Assembly (NCBI GenBank): GCA_938031175.1
Contig: CALHGZ010000002.1
Span: forward strand, 139,242-203,241
Source of the DNA: Candidatus Kapaibacterium sp.
GTDB taxonomy: Bacteria; Bacteroidota; Ignavibacteria; Kapaibacteriales; UBA2268
Length of the DNA stretch: 64,000 nt
Direction of reading: 5' to 3'
The notes under the pieces are model-generated. The model had not been told where the DNA came from and did not search any database. It worked only from the letters and a program-made list of their open reading frames with translations. Made by a program: the position numbers and the translations under genes. This document shows, one piece after another, positions 9,949 to 21,500 of this stretch. How positions within the stretch are numbered: position 1 is the first letter of the stretch; the number at the start of each line of letters is the position of its first letter.

Positions 9949-11825
9949 GTGTAACCATACAATCCTGAGCGATAGTTCGAGAGGAATTCCTTACCTTCTT
10001 GTGCGGAAATTTTTCCAGCTTTGACAGCACTTGTAACCCATACCTCCATTTTTCTTACCAAATTTTTAGAATTGTATTGTACATAACTTAGTACCTCTGC
10101 AATAGTTTCTCCGTCAATAATTTGTTTTATTTCGTATTTATCATCTTTAATGACAACGTGAACAGCGTTGGTATCTCCAAATAAATTATGTAAATCCCCG
10201 AGAATTTCTTGGTAAGCTCCAATTAAAAATACACCTATATAATAGGATTGATCTTTTTTCAATTCGTGAACGGGCAGATAATGAGAATAGTTGCGGACAC
10301 CGATGAAGTTGTCAATTTTTCCATCTGAATCGCAAGTGATATCCTGAAGTGTAGCAACCCGCGTAGGTTTTTCATTCAATCTATGGATTGGCATAATAGG
10401 AAATATTTGGTCAATAGCCCAGGAATCTGGTAATGACTGAAAAAGAGAAAAATTGCAAAAATATTTATCCGCTAATAGTCTTGATAAAATTCGTAATTCC
10501 TCTGGTGGGTGTTTCATTTCCTGACTTAGCAAGAATACCTCTTTAGCTATTGTCCAAAAGAGTTTTTCTACTGAAGCACGAGTTTTCAGATCAAGCAAGC
10601 CCAGACTGAACCTATCCAAAGCTTCTTCTCGTATTTGTTGAGCATCATGCCAAGTTTCGAGCATTCTTGGTGGTGAAAGCTCGTCGAGTAAGTTGTATAA
10701 TTCTTTTACTAATTCGTGGTCATCATCGCTTATTTCATCGTCATCGGTCCAGGTTGGTAGAGATGCTGTTTCCAAAACATCAAATACTAAAATTGAGTGA
10801 TGTGCTGTAAGGGAACGTCCGGATTCAGTAATGATATTTGGATGTGGTAGTGAATTTCTGTCTGCTGCATCTACAAATGTTGAAACTGTATCGTTAACGT
10901 ATTCTTGGACTGAATAATTTATGCTACTTGGATTTGATGAGCGAGAACCGTCATAATCTATGCCTAATCCTCCTCCTACGTCAACAAATTCGATGTTACA
11001 GCCTAATTTCATCATTTCGACATAAAATTGGGATGCCTCTCTCAATGCACTTTTGATTTTACCGATTTTGGTAATTTGGCTACCTAAATGAAAATGTATT
11101 AGTTTTATGCAATCAAGGTAATTTTCAGATTCGGCAATATCAATAGCATCTAATAATTCGCTTGCAATAAGTCCGAATTTGCTTTGGTCACCACCGGAGA
11201 ATTCCCATTTACCGCTGCCTGAGCTTGCTAATTTTATTCTAATGCCGATATTTGGGCGGATTTTTATTTTTTTGGATAATTTGATGATTAATTTTAATTC
11301 GTTTAATTTTTCGACGACTAAGAAAATCCTTTTTCCCATTTTTTGGGCTAATAAAGCAAGCTCTATGAAGTCTTCGTCTTTATAGCCATTACATATTATA
11401 AGTGCATCGGGATTGCTTGTGAAAGCAAGTACTGCGTGTAGTTCTGGTTTTGAACCTGCTTCGAGTCCAATATTGAATTTACTTCCATATTGTATGATCT
11501 CTTCAACTACAGGTCTAACTTGGTTTACTTTGATTGGATAGACGGTAAAGTATTGCCCTTTGAAATTGTATTCTTCAGCAGCATTTTTGAAACAATTAGT
11601 AATTGATTCGATTCTATCGTCCAATATATTGGGAAATCTAAGCAAAACGGGTGTGGAGACATCTCTGAGTAATAATTCATCAATCAACTCTTTTAAGTCA
11701 ATAGCTATACCGTTTCGTTTTGGGGTAACTTCAACATTGCCTTTGTCATTTATTCTAAAGTATCCAACTCCCCAGCTATTTATATTGTATAATTCTGCCG
11801 AATCATCAATCTGCCATTTTCTCAT
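9936..11825 (-). CDS. speA: biosynthetic arginine decarboxylase
   Basis: 629 aa, typical SpeA length. N-terminus MRKWQIDDSAELYNINSWGVGYFRIN, as in SpeA. Fold-III PLP decarboxylase blocks are present. There is a 290-nt AT-rich leader upstream. Confidence 0.85.
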   Translation of the reverse strand: MRKWQIDDSAELYNINSWGVGYFRINDKGNVEVTPKRNGIAIDLKELIDELLLRDVSTPVLLRFPNILDDRIESITNCFKNAAEEYNFKGQYFTVYPIKVNQVRPVVEEIIQYGSKFNIGLEAGSKPELHAVLAFTSNPDALIICNGYKDEDFIELALLAQKMGKRIFLVVEKLNELKLIIKLSKKIKIRPNIGIRIKLASSGSGKWEFSGGDQSKFGLIASELLDAIDIAESENYLDCIKLIHFHLGSQITKIGKIKSALREASQFYVEMMKLGCNIEFVDVGGGLGIDYDGSRSSNPSSINYSVQEYVNDTVSTFVDAADRNSLPHPNIITESGRSLTAHHSILVFDVLETASLPTWTDDDEISDDDHELVKELYNLLDELSPPRMLETWHDAQQIREEALDRFSLGLLDLKTRASVEKLFWTIAKEVFLLSQEMKHPPEELRILSRLLADKYFCNFSLFQSLPDSWAIDQIFPIMPIHRLNEKPTRVATLQDITCDSDGKIDNFIGVRNYSHYLPVHELKKDQSYYIGVFLIGAYQEILGDLHNLFGDTNAVHVVIKDDKYEIKQIIDGETIAEVLSYVQYNSKNLVRKMEVWVTSAVKAGKISAQEGKEFLSNYRSGLYGYTYLE

Positions 11826-12114
11826 TTTCCTAACCGATAATATTAATTTAAATGCGATATTTTAAAAAAAATTATAGACGTGATTTATATGTCATTTATT
11901 TAATGAGCTATATAAAAATTCATAAGTTATGATTTGAAACTTTTAGTTATATAAAATTATAATTACTTTTAGAAATGAGTAAATTCCAATTTGGAAAAAT
12001 TCTTATATCATATCAATTGGATTTAAATAAAAGCCCATAATACTTGAATTTTAAGAGCTAAATTAATATTAATATTTTTTATATTAGCTTACGATATGGA
12101 TTTTTTATCAATTA

Positions 12115-14952
12115 TTATTTTATCAGAGTGAAAATAGTTTTGATAACTTCGCTTCCGTCGCTGAATACACAAAGATAAGCACCACTATGAAATCCATTCA
12201 AAGATATTTTTAAATCATAACTTCCTTTTGGTAAATTCTGATTTATTAAATCAGCAACTAATAAGCCATTTGCATTGTATATTCTTAGAATACAATGATT
12301 ATCAAATGGCTTAGTAAATGTTATATTAATATTTTCATTTGCAGGATTAGGATATACATTCATTGAATACTGATTTGATGGTATGACTATTTGTCTGATT
12401 TTTGTGGCACATACATCGCTCAAAGCTACAGTGTCAATATGAAGTTTGGTATGGGTGCATCTTCCTTCATTTATGATTATTTTATGGTTTATGTTAGCAA
12501 CTTTACTTTTGAAATTTTCATCAGATGATGAATACCAAGGAAGATATGCTAAAAATGTAAGCTTAAGAATATCGCCATTACCATTTAAAATACTGTTTCC
12601 AATTGATTCAAATTTAAAAGTTACTTTCTCGAGTTCACGTTGAGAATAGATTTTTTCTTTTTTTACTTCTTGAATATTGAATTTTGCTCGTAATAAATCA
12701 TCGGAAGAAGACCTTGACAAATCAAGATACAGGAAATCATTAGGATAAACAATTTGTATTTCGAACATTTTAATATGTGCTTTAGTTAAATCAGGGAAAT
12801 TGTCGCTTTGAATAGTATAAATGAAATTTTCACCTGCCTGTATATAATTTTTATCGAATTTTGCTTTGCTTGCAATTTCAAATTTCAAGGACTCAATCCA
12901 TATATATAGAACTAATGGTTCATTTAAAAAACTACTATAAATTTCAAGTTTTGCAATTTCGTTATGAATTCTTCCTGTTGGATTGAATTCTATAAATATG
13001 TCTTTCTCAGAGTTAGCTTCAAGTATGAATTGAGTATTAGCATCAGCAGGGTTTTTAAATTTTAGGAAATCTGAGTTTTGTATTATTTTAATTGAATCTA
13101 TTTGAATGGGATTGTTCGAGTAATTTATGATAATAGGCTTCAAATCAACTACTTCATCAGCACAAATGGAAATTGTATCACCGATTCCAGTTAAATTTCT
13201 TTCTAAACCTTCTCCAATTAGAGTAATTTCAGTGATTTCATAAGAGTTGGTTTCTGGCTTTAGCTTTGCTGAATGTGTACCGAAACGCTGTGCAACAAAA
13301 TCTATATTGATCAATATTTTCTCGCCCGGAGGTATTGATAAATGTGTAGCAGGTAGCCCAAGTGTACTTTTATTAAGGCGGAATCCTTCTGTGCCGTAAT
13401 TAATTCCATCAGTTGAGATTTCATTGCCTGTTGGCACACTGATAAGGTCGTAAATATACAAGGTATCTTCAAATTGCCATCTTAAGTTTTCAATTTCAAT
13501 TATACTACTTTTGGGATTGTTATAATCATTGATAAATGTTGTTCCAATTTGATATATCTGATTTTTTGTATTGGCAGCGGTACCGGTACCAGTTAATTCA
13601 GTTTGTAGAGGGAGATTGTATTCGTTTATAAAATTGAGTATTAATCGGTGTTCTCCAATTTCAAGTGGATGAAATGTTACTGGAATTGTGATACTTGTTT
13701 GTGCTGGAATAGTTAAATTGTCAAAAGCACTACGGTTGAATTTAAAAGCATCGCTTTTATCTGAAATGGTTGAATCAATTCGAATAATTTTGAAGTCGAC
13801 ATTATCAGAATTCGTTATTTTGATAATTTCTTCTTCAGGTGGATATGGTCCACTTGGAGCTCTGGGGGATAGATCTATGCGTTTGCGTCCCCAGTTATAT
13901 CGTTCTGTAACAAAGATATTTTCAGCCGAACCTTCACCTCTAATGTAACAAATGCTGTCAGATTTTGATGCATCACTCCTGAAAATAATTGAATCAAGGA
14001 ATAAACCGCTTGTATTTGGAGTGAATCTAATTTTGAATGTATCTTTGGATAAGGGGTCTAATTTGAGTGGATTTAAGTCTGATATTTCAGTGATAGTTTT
14101 GGGAAGGATTAATTGAAAAACCGTACTATTGAATGGCCCGCGATAAGAATTTACAACAAGTTCGGTATTTCCAGTATTTGTCAATATGAACATTTTTTCA
14201 GAAGTATTCCCAATTTTTACTTTCCCAAAATCAATATCACTTATTCTAATTTCTGGTTCGCCAACTTTTGCTTCTATAAATGCGGAATAATATGTTGCAC
14301 AAGAATCTGACGCACCAATTGAATCACGAAAAACTCCATATTCTTTTGCTTCGAATTGAAGGTAAAAGTTTGTAAACTCGCCGGGTTTTAGAATAGTTGG
14401 ATTTCTTAAGCCATTGATTTTATAGTTTTTACCACTGCTTTTGAAATCCACTGAGGAGATGAACGCAATATGCTTATTTGAGATATTTCTGATTGTAAAT
14501 TCATTTTCCGATGTGCTGCCAAAAGGCACATTGCCAAAGCTATAAAATTTCGGTTCAATTATTAATTCTGGTGCTATGTATTCGATCGTGATGGTTGTAT
14601 CATTATTGGCAGCATCACTAAAAGTTATAACAGCTTTGGCATCAGCAAGATAATTTTTGACTTTAAGTTTCCAGGTAGTCGTTACAGTAACACCGGGGAT
14701 AAACTCAGCCCATTCAAGTATATAATTATAACTTTTCTGCGAATCTAGCTCAATTTTGGCTAAATTAGAGCGTATCGAAGGGTCATTGGGCATATCTGTT
14801 ACTGTGGCACCATTGACAGCTCCCTTGCAAGCAAAAGTCCATTGTGGGCGTGGGGGATCTTTGTCAAGTGAATAGCTAAAATACGAAGAAAAGAAAAATA
14901 GAATTGTTATAATTTTTATCCAGAAAAATATGACTTTGGAATTATTGAGCAT
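12115..14952 (-). CDS. T9SS-secreted protein with multiple ASH/Hydin-like Ig-fold domains
   Basis: 945 aa with N-terminal signal/TM. There are repeated about 100-aa modules (FGNVPFGSTSENEFTIRNIS..., IDFGKVKIGNTSEKMFILTNTGNTELVV...) typical of ASH/choice-of-anchor-D beta-sandwich domains. The C-terminal MNVYPNPANENINITF...IFTLIK is a T9SS CTD. Confidence 0.6.
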   Translation of the reverse strand: MLNNSKVIFFWIKIITILFFFSSYFSYSLDKDPPRPQWTFACKGAVNGATVTDMPNDPSIRSNLAKIELDSQKSYNYILEWAEFIPGVTVTTTWKLKVKNYLADAKAVITFSDAANNDTTITIEYIAPELIIEPKFYSFGNVPFGSTSENEFTIRNISNKHIAFISSVDFKSSGKNYKINGLRNPTILKPGEFTNFYLQFEAKEYGVFRDSIGASDSCATYYSAFIEAKVGEPEIRISDIDFGKVKIGNTSEKMFILTNTGNTELVVNSYRGPFNSTVFQLILPKTITEISDLNPLKLDPLSKDTFKIRFTPNTSGLFLDSIIFRSDASKSDSICYIRGEGSAENIFVTERYNWGRKRIDLSPRAPSGPYPPEEEIIKITNSDNVDFKIIRIDSTISDKSDAFKFNRSAFDNLTIPAQTSITIPVTFHPLEIGEHRLILNFINEYNLPLQTELTGTGTAANTKNQIYQIGTTFINDYNNPKSSIIEIENLRWQFEDTLYIYDLISVPTGNEISTDGINYGTEGFRLNKSTLGLPATHLSIPPGEKILINIDFVAQRFGTHSAKLKPETNSYEITEITLIGEGLERNLTGIGDTISICADEVVDLKPIIINYSNNPIQIDSIKIIQNSDFLKFKNPADANTQFILEANSEKDIFIEFNPTGRIHNEIAKLEIYSSFLNEPLVLYIWIESLKFEIASKAKFDKNYIQAGENFIYTIQSDNFPDLTKAHIKMFEIQIVYPNDFLYLDLSRSSSDDLLRAKFNIQEVKKEKIYSQRELEKVTFKFESIGNSILNGNGDILKLTFLAYLPWYSSSDENFKSKVANINHKIIINEGRCTHTKLHIDTVALSDVCATKIRQIVIPSNQYSMNVYPNPANENINITFTKPFDNHCILRIYNANGLLVADLINQNLPKGSYDLKISLNGFHSGAYLCVFSDGSEVIKTIFTLIK

Positions 14953-15152
14953 TATATTACCTTCTATTAATCAAATTAATTAAATTATATCTTGAATTTA
15001 TTGTAATAATATTAGATTATACATTATTGTAAAACAAAATAATTTTTACAAAGTTACACAAATTGATTGAAAATTAATACGAAGTATATTTTTTCTTATC
15101 TTTGCAGAATTTTGATATAAATTATTTTATTGACAAATATTTGAGGTAGATT

Positions 15153-16583
15153 ATGGATGAAAAGAAAAAAGTTCGCTTAAAAGATTTTCCGTTTACATTC
15201 TGGGTAGTTATAGTTTTTGAATTTTTTGAGCGGGGTTCATATTATGGTGTGATGAGTATATTATCTGTATATTTAACTGACCATCTTGGATTTTCTAAAG
15301 AGAATGTTGGTCTAATTAAAAGTACTATTCAGCCATTATTATATTTTTTACCGATATTTGCAGGTGCAATTGCTGATAGAATGGGATATCGAAAGACTTT
15401 AATGATAGCTTTTTCTTTACTTGGATTGGGTTATTTTCTAACAAGTCAAAACACTGAATATACTTTGGTATTTGCTTCGCTTGTAATAATGGGCTTTGGT
15501 GCAGGTACATTTAAACCGATTATAAGTGGTACTATTGCTAAACTTACTGATGAAAGAACAAGTACTGTGGGTTTTGGGATATTTTATTGGTCAATTAATC
15601 TTGGTGCCTTTTTGTTTCCCTTGATACTTGTACCTATACTGAAAGCTATTGATTGGTCCTATGTATTAATTGCCTCAGCTATTTGCACAGGTCTGATGGT
15701 GATTCCTACTATATTTATTTATAAGGAACCTCCGAGAGAAGAAATAAAGAAAGCTGGTTTTGGCCAAGCTTTAGTTGATGTCTTAAATAAAATCTGGCAA
15801 GTCGTTCTCGATTGGAAATTTATACTTTTCATTGTTATTTATTCTATGTTTTGGATTCTCTATTTTCAAATGTTCGATACTGTTTTGTGGTACGTTAATA
15901 TGTTTGTTGATGCGACGCCGTTGAATAATACTATATCGCCGGTGTTGGAATCTTTATTTGGTTTCAAATGGGAATTTGGTGTAGAACACGTTACTGTAAT
16001 AAATGCTATGACTATAATTCTATTGCAATTAATTGTATCGGCAATTGTCAAAAATACTAAGGCTCTTCCTACAATGATTGCAGGTATTTCGATGGGCATT
16101 TTAGGAATGGGAATTTTAGCATTAGATTCGAATATATGGATTTTTATGTTAGGTATATTTATTTTTTCTATCGGTGAGATGACTGCACATCCCAAATTCA
16201 TTTCCTATTTAGGTACAATTGCCCCTCAAGATAAAAAAGCCACATATATGGGATTTGGTTTTCTCTATGGTGTACCAAGTTCATTGATTGGTCCCATTCT
16301 CGGTGCTAATTTATATGTTTTGCTCGTTGATAATCCTATGATCTCATTTATAAGAACTAAACTTGCTGAAGTTGGTTCGGAAATTACTTTGCCAGCAAAT
16401 ATAAGTATTACTGAAGCTATTCAAGCAGCAGAATCTATTGGATTGACTAAACAGGACATCTTACCATACGCCCATACCTCCGAATTATGGCTTATATTTT
16501 GTGGTATTGGTGTCTTGTGCATAGTGGGATTAGTCTTGTACGATAGATTGATTGGTGCCAGAAAAGCTGGAGACCTGAAATAA
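15153..16583 (+). CDS. POT/PTR2-family proton-dependent oligopeptide transporter (MFS)
   Basis: EFFERGSYYGVMS matches the PTR2 signature ExxERFxYYG. 476 aa with about 14 TM segments. Confidence 0.75.
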   Translation: MDEKKKVRLKDFPFTFWVVIVFEFFERGSYYGVMSILSVYLTDHLGFSKENVGLIKSTIQPLLYFLPIFAGAIADRMGYRKTLMIAFSLLGLGYFLTSQNTEYTLVFASLVIMGFGAGTFKPIISGTIAKLTDERTSTVGFGIFYWSINLGAFLFPLILVPILKAIDWSYVLIASAICTGLMVIPTIFIYKEPPREEIKKAGFGQALVDVLNKIWQVVLDWKFILFIVIYSMFWILYFQMFDTVLWYVNMFVDATPLNNTISPVLESLFGFKWEFGVEHVTVINAMTIILLQLIVSAIVKNTKALPTMIAGISMGILGMGILALDSNIWIFMLGIFIFSIGEMTAHPKFISYLGTIAPQDKKATYMGFGFLYGVPSSLIGPILGANLYVLLVDNPMISFIRTKLAEVGSEITLPANISITEAIQAAESIGLTKQDILPYAHTSELWLIFCGIGVLCIVGLVLYDRLIGARKAGDLK

Positions 16584-16585
16584 TC

Positions 16586-18544
16586 TTAATCCGAGGGAAT
16601 GCGGATTATTACACTGCGGTTGAGTATCCTTGTAAAGGGATATTCATTTGAAAATATTTGTTCTTGAGGTATAGCAATGTGATAGTTATTACTTTGCAGT
16701 TGCAGTTCTTTAATTATAGCAAGCGCTCGTGAACGTGCAAGATTTAAATTATATTCAACTGTACCAATATTATCTGTAAGCGGTACAATTTCAATTTTCT
16801 TTCCGCGTGCAATGCTTTCTTTTACATAGTTGGTAATTGTTGTATCTAAATAATAGAAATCGGATTTATCAAATTCAAAATATGCAATAATAAATTGCTC
16901 CATTGTGGTTCCATTTAAGTTAACTGGATTTATTATCTGTGTATCAGTATTTATTCTTTTGCCAAGATAAATCTTTAGGCTAGTGTCAGCATTAATGATA
17001 TTGCCAAAATCATTAGCTCTTGTTGTCAATTTAAATGTCAAATAGTTAATAGTATTTAGATTGCTAAGTTCTTTGAATTTTGATGGTCTAAATACGAAAT
17101 TAGTTTCTTTATTTGTGAATTCGCCAATTTTTAAATTAGCAACTGAGTATGTTATTATACCATTGACTTCAAAATTATCGTAATTAGTTTCTACTTTGGG
17201 TAAAATAGTAAAAACAATATCATCGATTGTGATTATTTCTTCCTGTTGGTAAACCTCCAGTGAGCTAATTCCATCAACTTTTATTTCTATCCTATTGAAT
17301 TCATCTTTGATTAGGGGATTTGGCAAATTGTTGAGGTTCACTTTTTTAATTTCAGTATTGATTTTTTGGGCGTTAATAGCATTGTTTTTAAAAATATTTA
17401 GCAACTTGTCAAGCCTTGCTTTAGCGATTTGCTCATTTCCGTCTTCGGTAATATAAGTTATCAAGGTTAAATCGTTTAAAGATTTAAATCTGTAAATTTC
17501 TAAAAATGTTTCTAATGCCTTAGCCTGAGCCTTTTCCATATCATTAAAATTAGGATCATCTAAATATTCAGGTTCAATTTGATTATTTTGATAAAATATA
17601 TAAGGTAAAATTTTATATTTTTTTATAATTTTTTTTACATTAAAATTCATATCAACCGTATCAGCATTTTGTAGTTTTTTATCATTTTGCAGAAGCGATA
17701 AATCAATTGATAGAACTTTAGGTTTTGGTGGTTCTGGAAGAATCAATGGAGGATATGGTGGATTTAAAGGTGGAGGTGGAAGTGGTTTTGGAAAAGTGTA
17801 GGTAAGTGCTAATCCCGCAGTAAGATTTATATATTTCCAATTTAGCGAGTTAACTAAATTGTTAAGTCCTAACCTGAAGTCAATAAATGATTTGATTTTC
17901 CAATTATCCAATTCAAACGTATAATAGGAAGCACCAAAGTTTAAGCCATATAAGATGTTTGTGAATTGGGGTAATTCAGCAGAAATTGAGTTGCGAGTTT
18001 TACTACCATCTATGAAAAAAGCATCCTCTGGTGATTTTAATTTTTCTTCGTATGAGAAATTATAATCTATTGGGATACCCAAATGGAAACCTAACTGAAA
18101 AGATACTAGTTGTTTCGTAAATGGATGAAGACTGATAGCTGGTCTCAGAATAATTGCATTAATCTTGGTTTTAAGACGGTGTTCTGTAATTGTTTTTAAA
18201 TAATCATTGTCTCGTATGTAATGGCCAATAAATTCCTCGACAAAGTAATTTGCTGATATATCAGAATAAGAAATTTTTAGTGCGGTAGAGTTTTTTATTC
18301 CAAATAAATTGCGTGGATTGTAATATTCTGCTTCAAATAGGAAATCTGGCGCTAAACCAAAAGCGAAACGATAATCTGCTGAACATTGATTATAATTTGT
18401 TAAAGTTGTAAATTTTGAATGATATATATTACCTGAGAGAGAAGCTCCAAAGGAAATATTAAATGGGGATAACTCGCTGCTTTTAGATATCGAAATAAAT
18501 GTAAAATGAAGAATTAAAATTTTTAATATTAGTTTGATACTCAT
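16586..18544 (-). CDS. outer-membrane protein: N-terminal beta-barrel-like domain, poly-Pro linker, C-terminal OmpA-like domain
   Basis: Signal peptide. The first 250 aa have an alternating amphipathic beta-strand pattern. Pro-rich linker PKPLPPPPLNPPYPPLILPEPPKPK. The C-terminal IVPLTDNIGTVEYNLNLARSRALAI resembles the OmpA_C peptidoglycan-binding block (..TD..G....N..LS..RA.AV). The start ATG overlaps the stop of the upstream T9SS cargo gene (ATGA). Confidence 0.55.
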   Translation of the reverse strand: MSIKLILKILILHFTFISISKSSELSPFNISFGASLSGNIYHSKFTTLTNYNQCSADYRFAFGLAPDFLFEAEYYNPRNLFGIKNSTALKISYSDISANYFVEEFIGHYIRDNDYLKTITEHRLKTKINAIILRPAISLHPFTKQLVSFQLGFHLGIPIDYNFSYEEKLKSPEDAFFIDGSKTRNSISAELPQFTNILYGLNFGASYYTFELDNWKIKSFIDFRLGLNNLVNSLNWKYINLTAGLALTYTFPKPLPPPPLNPPYPPLILPEPPKPKVLSIDLSLLQNDKKLQNADTVDMNFNVKKIIKKYKILPYIFYQNNQIEPEYLDDPNFNDMEKAQAKALETFLEIYRFKSLNDLTLITYITEDGNEQIAKARLDKLLNIFKNNAINAQKINTEIKKVNLNNLPNPLIKDEFNRIEIKVDGISSLEVYQQEEIITIDDIVFTILPKVETNYDNFEVNGIITYSVANLKIGEFTNKETNFVFRPSKFKELSNLNTINYLTFKLTTRANDFGNIINADTSLKIYLGKRINTDTQIINPVNLNGTTMEQFIIAYFEFDKSDFYYLDTTITNYVKESIARGKKIEIVPLTDNIGTVEYNLNLARSRALAIIKELQLQSNNYHIAIPQEQIFSNEYPFTRILNRSVIIRIPSD

Positions 18545-21500
18545 CTTACAATCACCAAAAAGCCAACATCAAAGCTAGTATTTGAACGCACCATAATTTT
18601 ATATGAAGCTGGTGGTAAATGGCTGATATCGAGTACGATATCATTTACACCCATATTAGCATAAGACTTGTGTTCATCCATTATCATACCTATCTGATTG
18701 AAAATCATTATTTTATATTCGTCTTGATTTTCAGAATAAAAATTGATTTTTACTTGTTCAGAAGCTGGATTAGGTATGATTGAATTTATTTGTATTTTTT
18801 TGTCATTATGAATAATAAGCCTATCTTTGCAAACTCCGATTATTTGCAATGACCCATTTTTAAATTCGATTGAAATTGCATTGCCCCAATAGTTCATTTT
18901 ATCAGAGAATGAAATATCAGTATAGGTAGTATCAGCAATACCAGCAACTCCGATAATTTCAGTAACATTACCTTCAACAGGGAAATCACCTTCTACTCTG
19001 AACTTGATATACCTGAATTGATTATCGGTATAATTGTTTATTATTTCTGCTTTACCATATTGACTGCTTATTTCCGTAGGGAAAAATAGTTTTTTGTTTA
19101 GAATAATTTCAGCGTTAAAAAATCTTATTCCAGAATAATGACCATTCTCTATATTAATGTATTTAATTGGAATTTTTGTAAATTCTTTTGGGTCGGCACT
19201 AATATTTGGTATTGATATAATCGAATGAGCAATATATCTTCCTAAAAAAATATTGAAATATTCTATGCAAGGTTCTGTTTTAAAAGTTAATTTAGTTTGT
19301 TTATCTCCCGTGCCATTCCATTTTATTTTAATTGATGTTTCTTGCAAGGGAGGAATTGAAATTGGAAATGTAGTTAAAAGAACATAATCACTATTATTGT
19401 TATCAAAAGCAGCTTCAATTAATTTTATAGTATGGTCGCTGTTATTTTTTATTTTTAACTCTCTTTCGGGGATTTCTGGGATGAATAACAGTGGATTGTG
19501 ACTGAAAGATAAATTATTTCCAATGCCTTTTCCTGATACAGGCAACTCTAAAAATATTTTTTTCTGATTGGAATGATATATTCGTAATTTGGCATCATAT
19601 CTTATTGTTTCAATTGGTCTAAAAATGAGAGCCAGAGAAAAAGTGGATTCTGCATCTATTATTGTATCGTAGATTGAATATTTAGTAAAATATGGTGAAT
19701 ATTTGTCACTAATAAATTCAATGTAATTAATTTTTAATGGTACAGGATCTGAATTGACGAATAAATCAATAATTTTCTCATTAATGGTACCGACACATTT
19801 TTCTCCGAAATCAATATTTCCCACCAAAAGTTTGATGTTTCGATTTTTGCTGTATTTTTCCAATGGTATATAGAATTCACCATAACATTCAGAAAAGATT
19901 ATGATTGTATCACGAATTATACCTGTATCAAGAGGAGTAAATCTGTATTTTAAATTTAAACATTCATTTGGTAAAAGCAATTTTGTATCGCTAAAATTAT
20001 CAATATAGAAATGCACACCATATTTCATTCGGGCTGAATTAAAGCGGATATTGGTGGTTCCGATGTTACATACCGCAGATGTTATTGTGTATTCTTTTGT
20101 TTCACCTATAAATGAAGAATCGAATTCTGTTTTGGCTAATTCGATCTTGGGTTCAACAATGCTGAATGTTCCGGGACTTATATATTCTTCTGGATAGGCA
20201 AAATATTGGATAACAAGATTTTTGAAACCTGATGAAACTGCTGTAAGCGAATGCCCATCGGGAGATAATTCAAAATCATTTAATGGTTCATTTGTAATAT
20301 CAATAGCTCCAACATAATCCCCTGAGACTAAGTCTAAATAGGCTATTTGAGGATTGTACTCAGAGCCAATAGCAAGTACAGTCGAATTAGGACTGAACTG
20401 AAGTTTTACCGGATCAGTAAAGGTTTTTCTGAGCGTGCGGACTATTTTATTTAAATCTAAATGTAATACGTGAATTTCGTTTGTGCTTATACTGGTTGGA
20501 GTTGGTATTGGTTTTTTACAACCGAGAGCTAAAAATTTACCACTTGAGGAAAAGCTCATTGTCAAAATTATTGGTAAATGAGAAAAATCAATGCGTTTGA
20601 AGATTGAGTACTCAGGAATTTTCATTAGTAATAATTCTCCATTTAATAGATAGACCGCAGCTGTATCGCCATTTTGATGGTATTTCATTGTGCCAATGGG
20701 ATAATCAAATGTAATATGCCTTAAAAATGTACCATCTTGAGATGAATGTATAGCGATTTGATTGCCAAGTCTAGGAATAAGAGCAATATGATTTTTTCTG
20801 TAATCCACAATCATCTCTTTTATTTTGAAATTGCTATCTATTTGGATTTTGGAAAAAGGTGTTGATATGCCTTTGTGAAAGAAAGCAAGTGTGTCTGATT
20901 TATTGGAATTAATTTGGTTGTAAGCAAGTACAAAAACTGAATCACCGCTTAAATAGCTAATACCGTATATATTGTAAATAATTGATGAATTCTGAATATT
21001 ATTAAAGTAATAAGTATTTATTAGCCTATAGCTTTTTGTATCCCATTCAGTAATTTTGCCAGATGAGTAAACTGCTAATATTTTCAATCCATCAGGACTA
21101 TATATGACTTTTTTGATTGGTCGAAGGTCGTCATTGAGTGCAATTTGATTTGTCTTGGAAAATTCATTTTTAATCTTAATTTTTGCGTTATTAGTATAGG
21201 TTTTTGGCACAAGCCAATGGAACAGAGAATCATCGCTGGAACCAAGGTAAGTCCAATTGCTTCCACCATTGGAACTAAAGTAAACTTTTATAGGTAATTC
21301 GGGCCCAGAACCTTTCCATTTAACTGGATAAATTTCGCATGGGGATAAAATTTCTCCACCAATCGGTTGTTCGAGTTTTAATAATGGGTTATAGTCAATT
21401 TGGAATTTATTAGCAGTAAGGTATAAATGTTCACGGAAACCGTTTTCGTAATGAACGGTAAAAACATCACTATGAAAATCGTTTGAACCGGCTTTGAAAT